64,000 nucleotides of DNA, taken from contig CACBGU010000005.1 of assembly GCA_902538885.1 (NCBI GenBank), positions 177-64,176 on the forward strand, written 5' to 3'. The notes under the pieces are model-generated. The model was given only the letters and a program-made list of their open reading frames with translations, did no database searches and was not told where the DNA came from. Below are positions 63,033 through 64,000 of the stretch, in pieces. A program made the position numbers and the translations under genes. The DNA is from an uncultured Pelagibacteraceae bacterium. GTDB lineage: Bacteria; Pseudomonadota; Alphaproteobacteria; Pelagibacterales; Pelagibacteraceae. The stretch's first letter is position 1. Each line of letters starts with the position of its first letter.

Positions 63033-64000
63033 TTATAACTTTGTTGGCATTGGTTTATTACTATCAATATTATACTTCTTCATTGCATCCTTTGCATATT
63101 TAGAAGTTATAAGCTGTTCTTTTGCCAAAATACTTAAACCGTAAGCAACCAAATGTTCTTTATCTACCTCAAAAAATTTTCTTAAATTTTTTCTTGTATC
63201 ACTTCTTCCAAAACCATCCGCTCCTAATGAATAAAAACTTTTGTTAGTATAAGGTCTGATTTGATCTGAATTCATTCTCATATAATCAGATGCAGCCATA
63301 ACTGGGCCCTCTGTTTGTCCCAGGCATTGCTCAACATAAGATTTTTTAGGTTCTTTATCAGGATTCAAAAGATTATATCTTTCTACCTCCATTCCATCTT
63401 TTCTTAATTCATTAAAACTTGTTACACTCCATATCTCACTGTCAATTTGATAATCATTTTGTAAAATCTCTGCGGCGGACATCATTTCCCTTAAGATTGT
63501 TCCTGATCCTAAAAGTTGGATTTTAGTTTTTTTGTATTTGTTAAATTCTTTTATTTTATACATGCCCTTTAAAATGCCTTCCTCACAATTTTTATCTTTA
63601 GGCATTTCTGGGTGTGAGTAATTTTCATTCATCGTTGTAATATAGTAAAAAACATTCTCATTTTTCTCATGCATTCTTCTTAGACCTTCTCGAAAAATTA
63701 CCGCTAATTCATAATGAAATGTAGGATCATAAGTTACGCAATTTGGAATAGTTGATGCAATTAAATGACTATGACCATCCTGGTGTTGTAAGCCTTCTCC
63801 AGCTAATGTTGTTCTTCCAGCTGTTGCGCCTACCAAAAATCCTCTAGCCTGACTATCCCCAGCTGCCCAAGCTAGATCTCCTATTCTTTGAAAACCAAAC
63901 ATTGAATAAAAAATATAAATTGGGATCATTTCAATATCATGATTAGTATATGCAGTAGCAGCAGCTATCCATGATGACATAGCACCTGCTTCATTGATAC
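63033..64000 (-). CDS. aceE: pyruvate dehydrogenase E1, homodimeric type (5'-truncated by window)
   Basis: INEAGAMSSW, YSMFGFQRIGD, GRTTLAGEGLQHQDG, YDP and DGFGRSD; frame open to the window edge. Confidence 0.96.
   Translation of the reverse strand, partial: INEAGAMSSWIAAATAYTNHDIEMIPIYIFYSMFGFQRIGDLAWAAGDSQARGFLVGATAGRTTLAGEGLQHQDGHSHLIASTIPNCVTYDPTFHYELAVIFREGLRRMHEKNENVFYYITTMNENYSHPEMPKDKNCEEGILKGMYKIKEFNKYKKTKIQLLGSGTILREMMSAAEILQNDYQIDSEIWSVTSFNELRKDGMEVERYNLLNPDKEPKKSYVEQCLGQTEGPVMAASDYMRMNSDQIRPYTNKSFYSLGADGFGRSDTRKNLRKFFEVDKEHLVAYGLSILAKEQLITSKYAKDAMKKYNIDSNKPMPTKL

Overview
An AT-rich, extremely gene-dense core-genome segment of a streamlined marine alphaproteobacterium. Gene content and order are most consistent with Pelagibacterales (SAR11); this is an inference, not a database match. 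It encodes about 60 proteins: lptB-like, aroA-cmk-rpsA-ihfB-pyrF-trpFBA-accD-folC; trxA; hisS-hisZ-hisG; cspA, infA, hisD, murA, dcd; rpmH-rnpA-yidD-yidC-argB-dapD-dapE; def-fmt-truA; aroKB; bolA/J-protein-cobS-cobT; regB; gyrB; lepA; pheST; rplT-rpmI-infC-thrS; gltDB; uppP; aceEF. There are also four tRNAs (His-GTG, Phe-GAA, Thr-GGT, Ser-GGA). I see no IS element, integrase, CRISPR array or rRNA. The best candidates for undescribed biology are: (1) an rmuC / MGME1-like PD-(D/E)XK exonuclease / Exonuclease I cassette upstream of trxA, where many alphaproteobacteria carry addAB; (2) an adjacent HDAC-family deacetylase and SET-domain methyltransferase pair, with the SET gene flanked by a 15-bp direct repeat; (3) tRNAs with non-canonical T-loops that abut ORFs almost directly; (4) a possible unannotated + strand unit between tRNA-His and cspA; (5) core enzymes with altered near-invariant motifs (TrpB/TrpA, Cmk, RegB, LepA, GyrB). 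All product calls are from motif recognition by eye.
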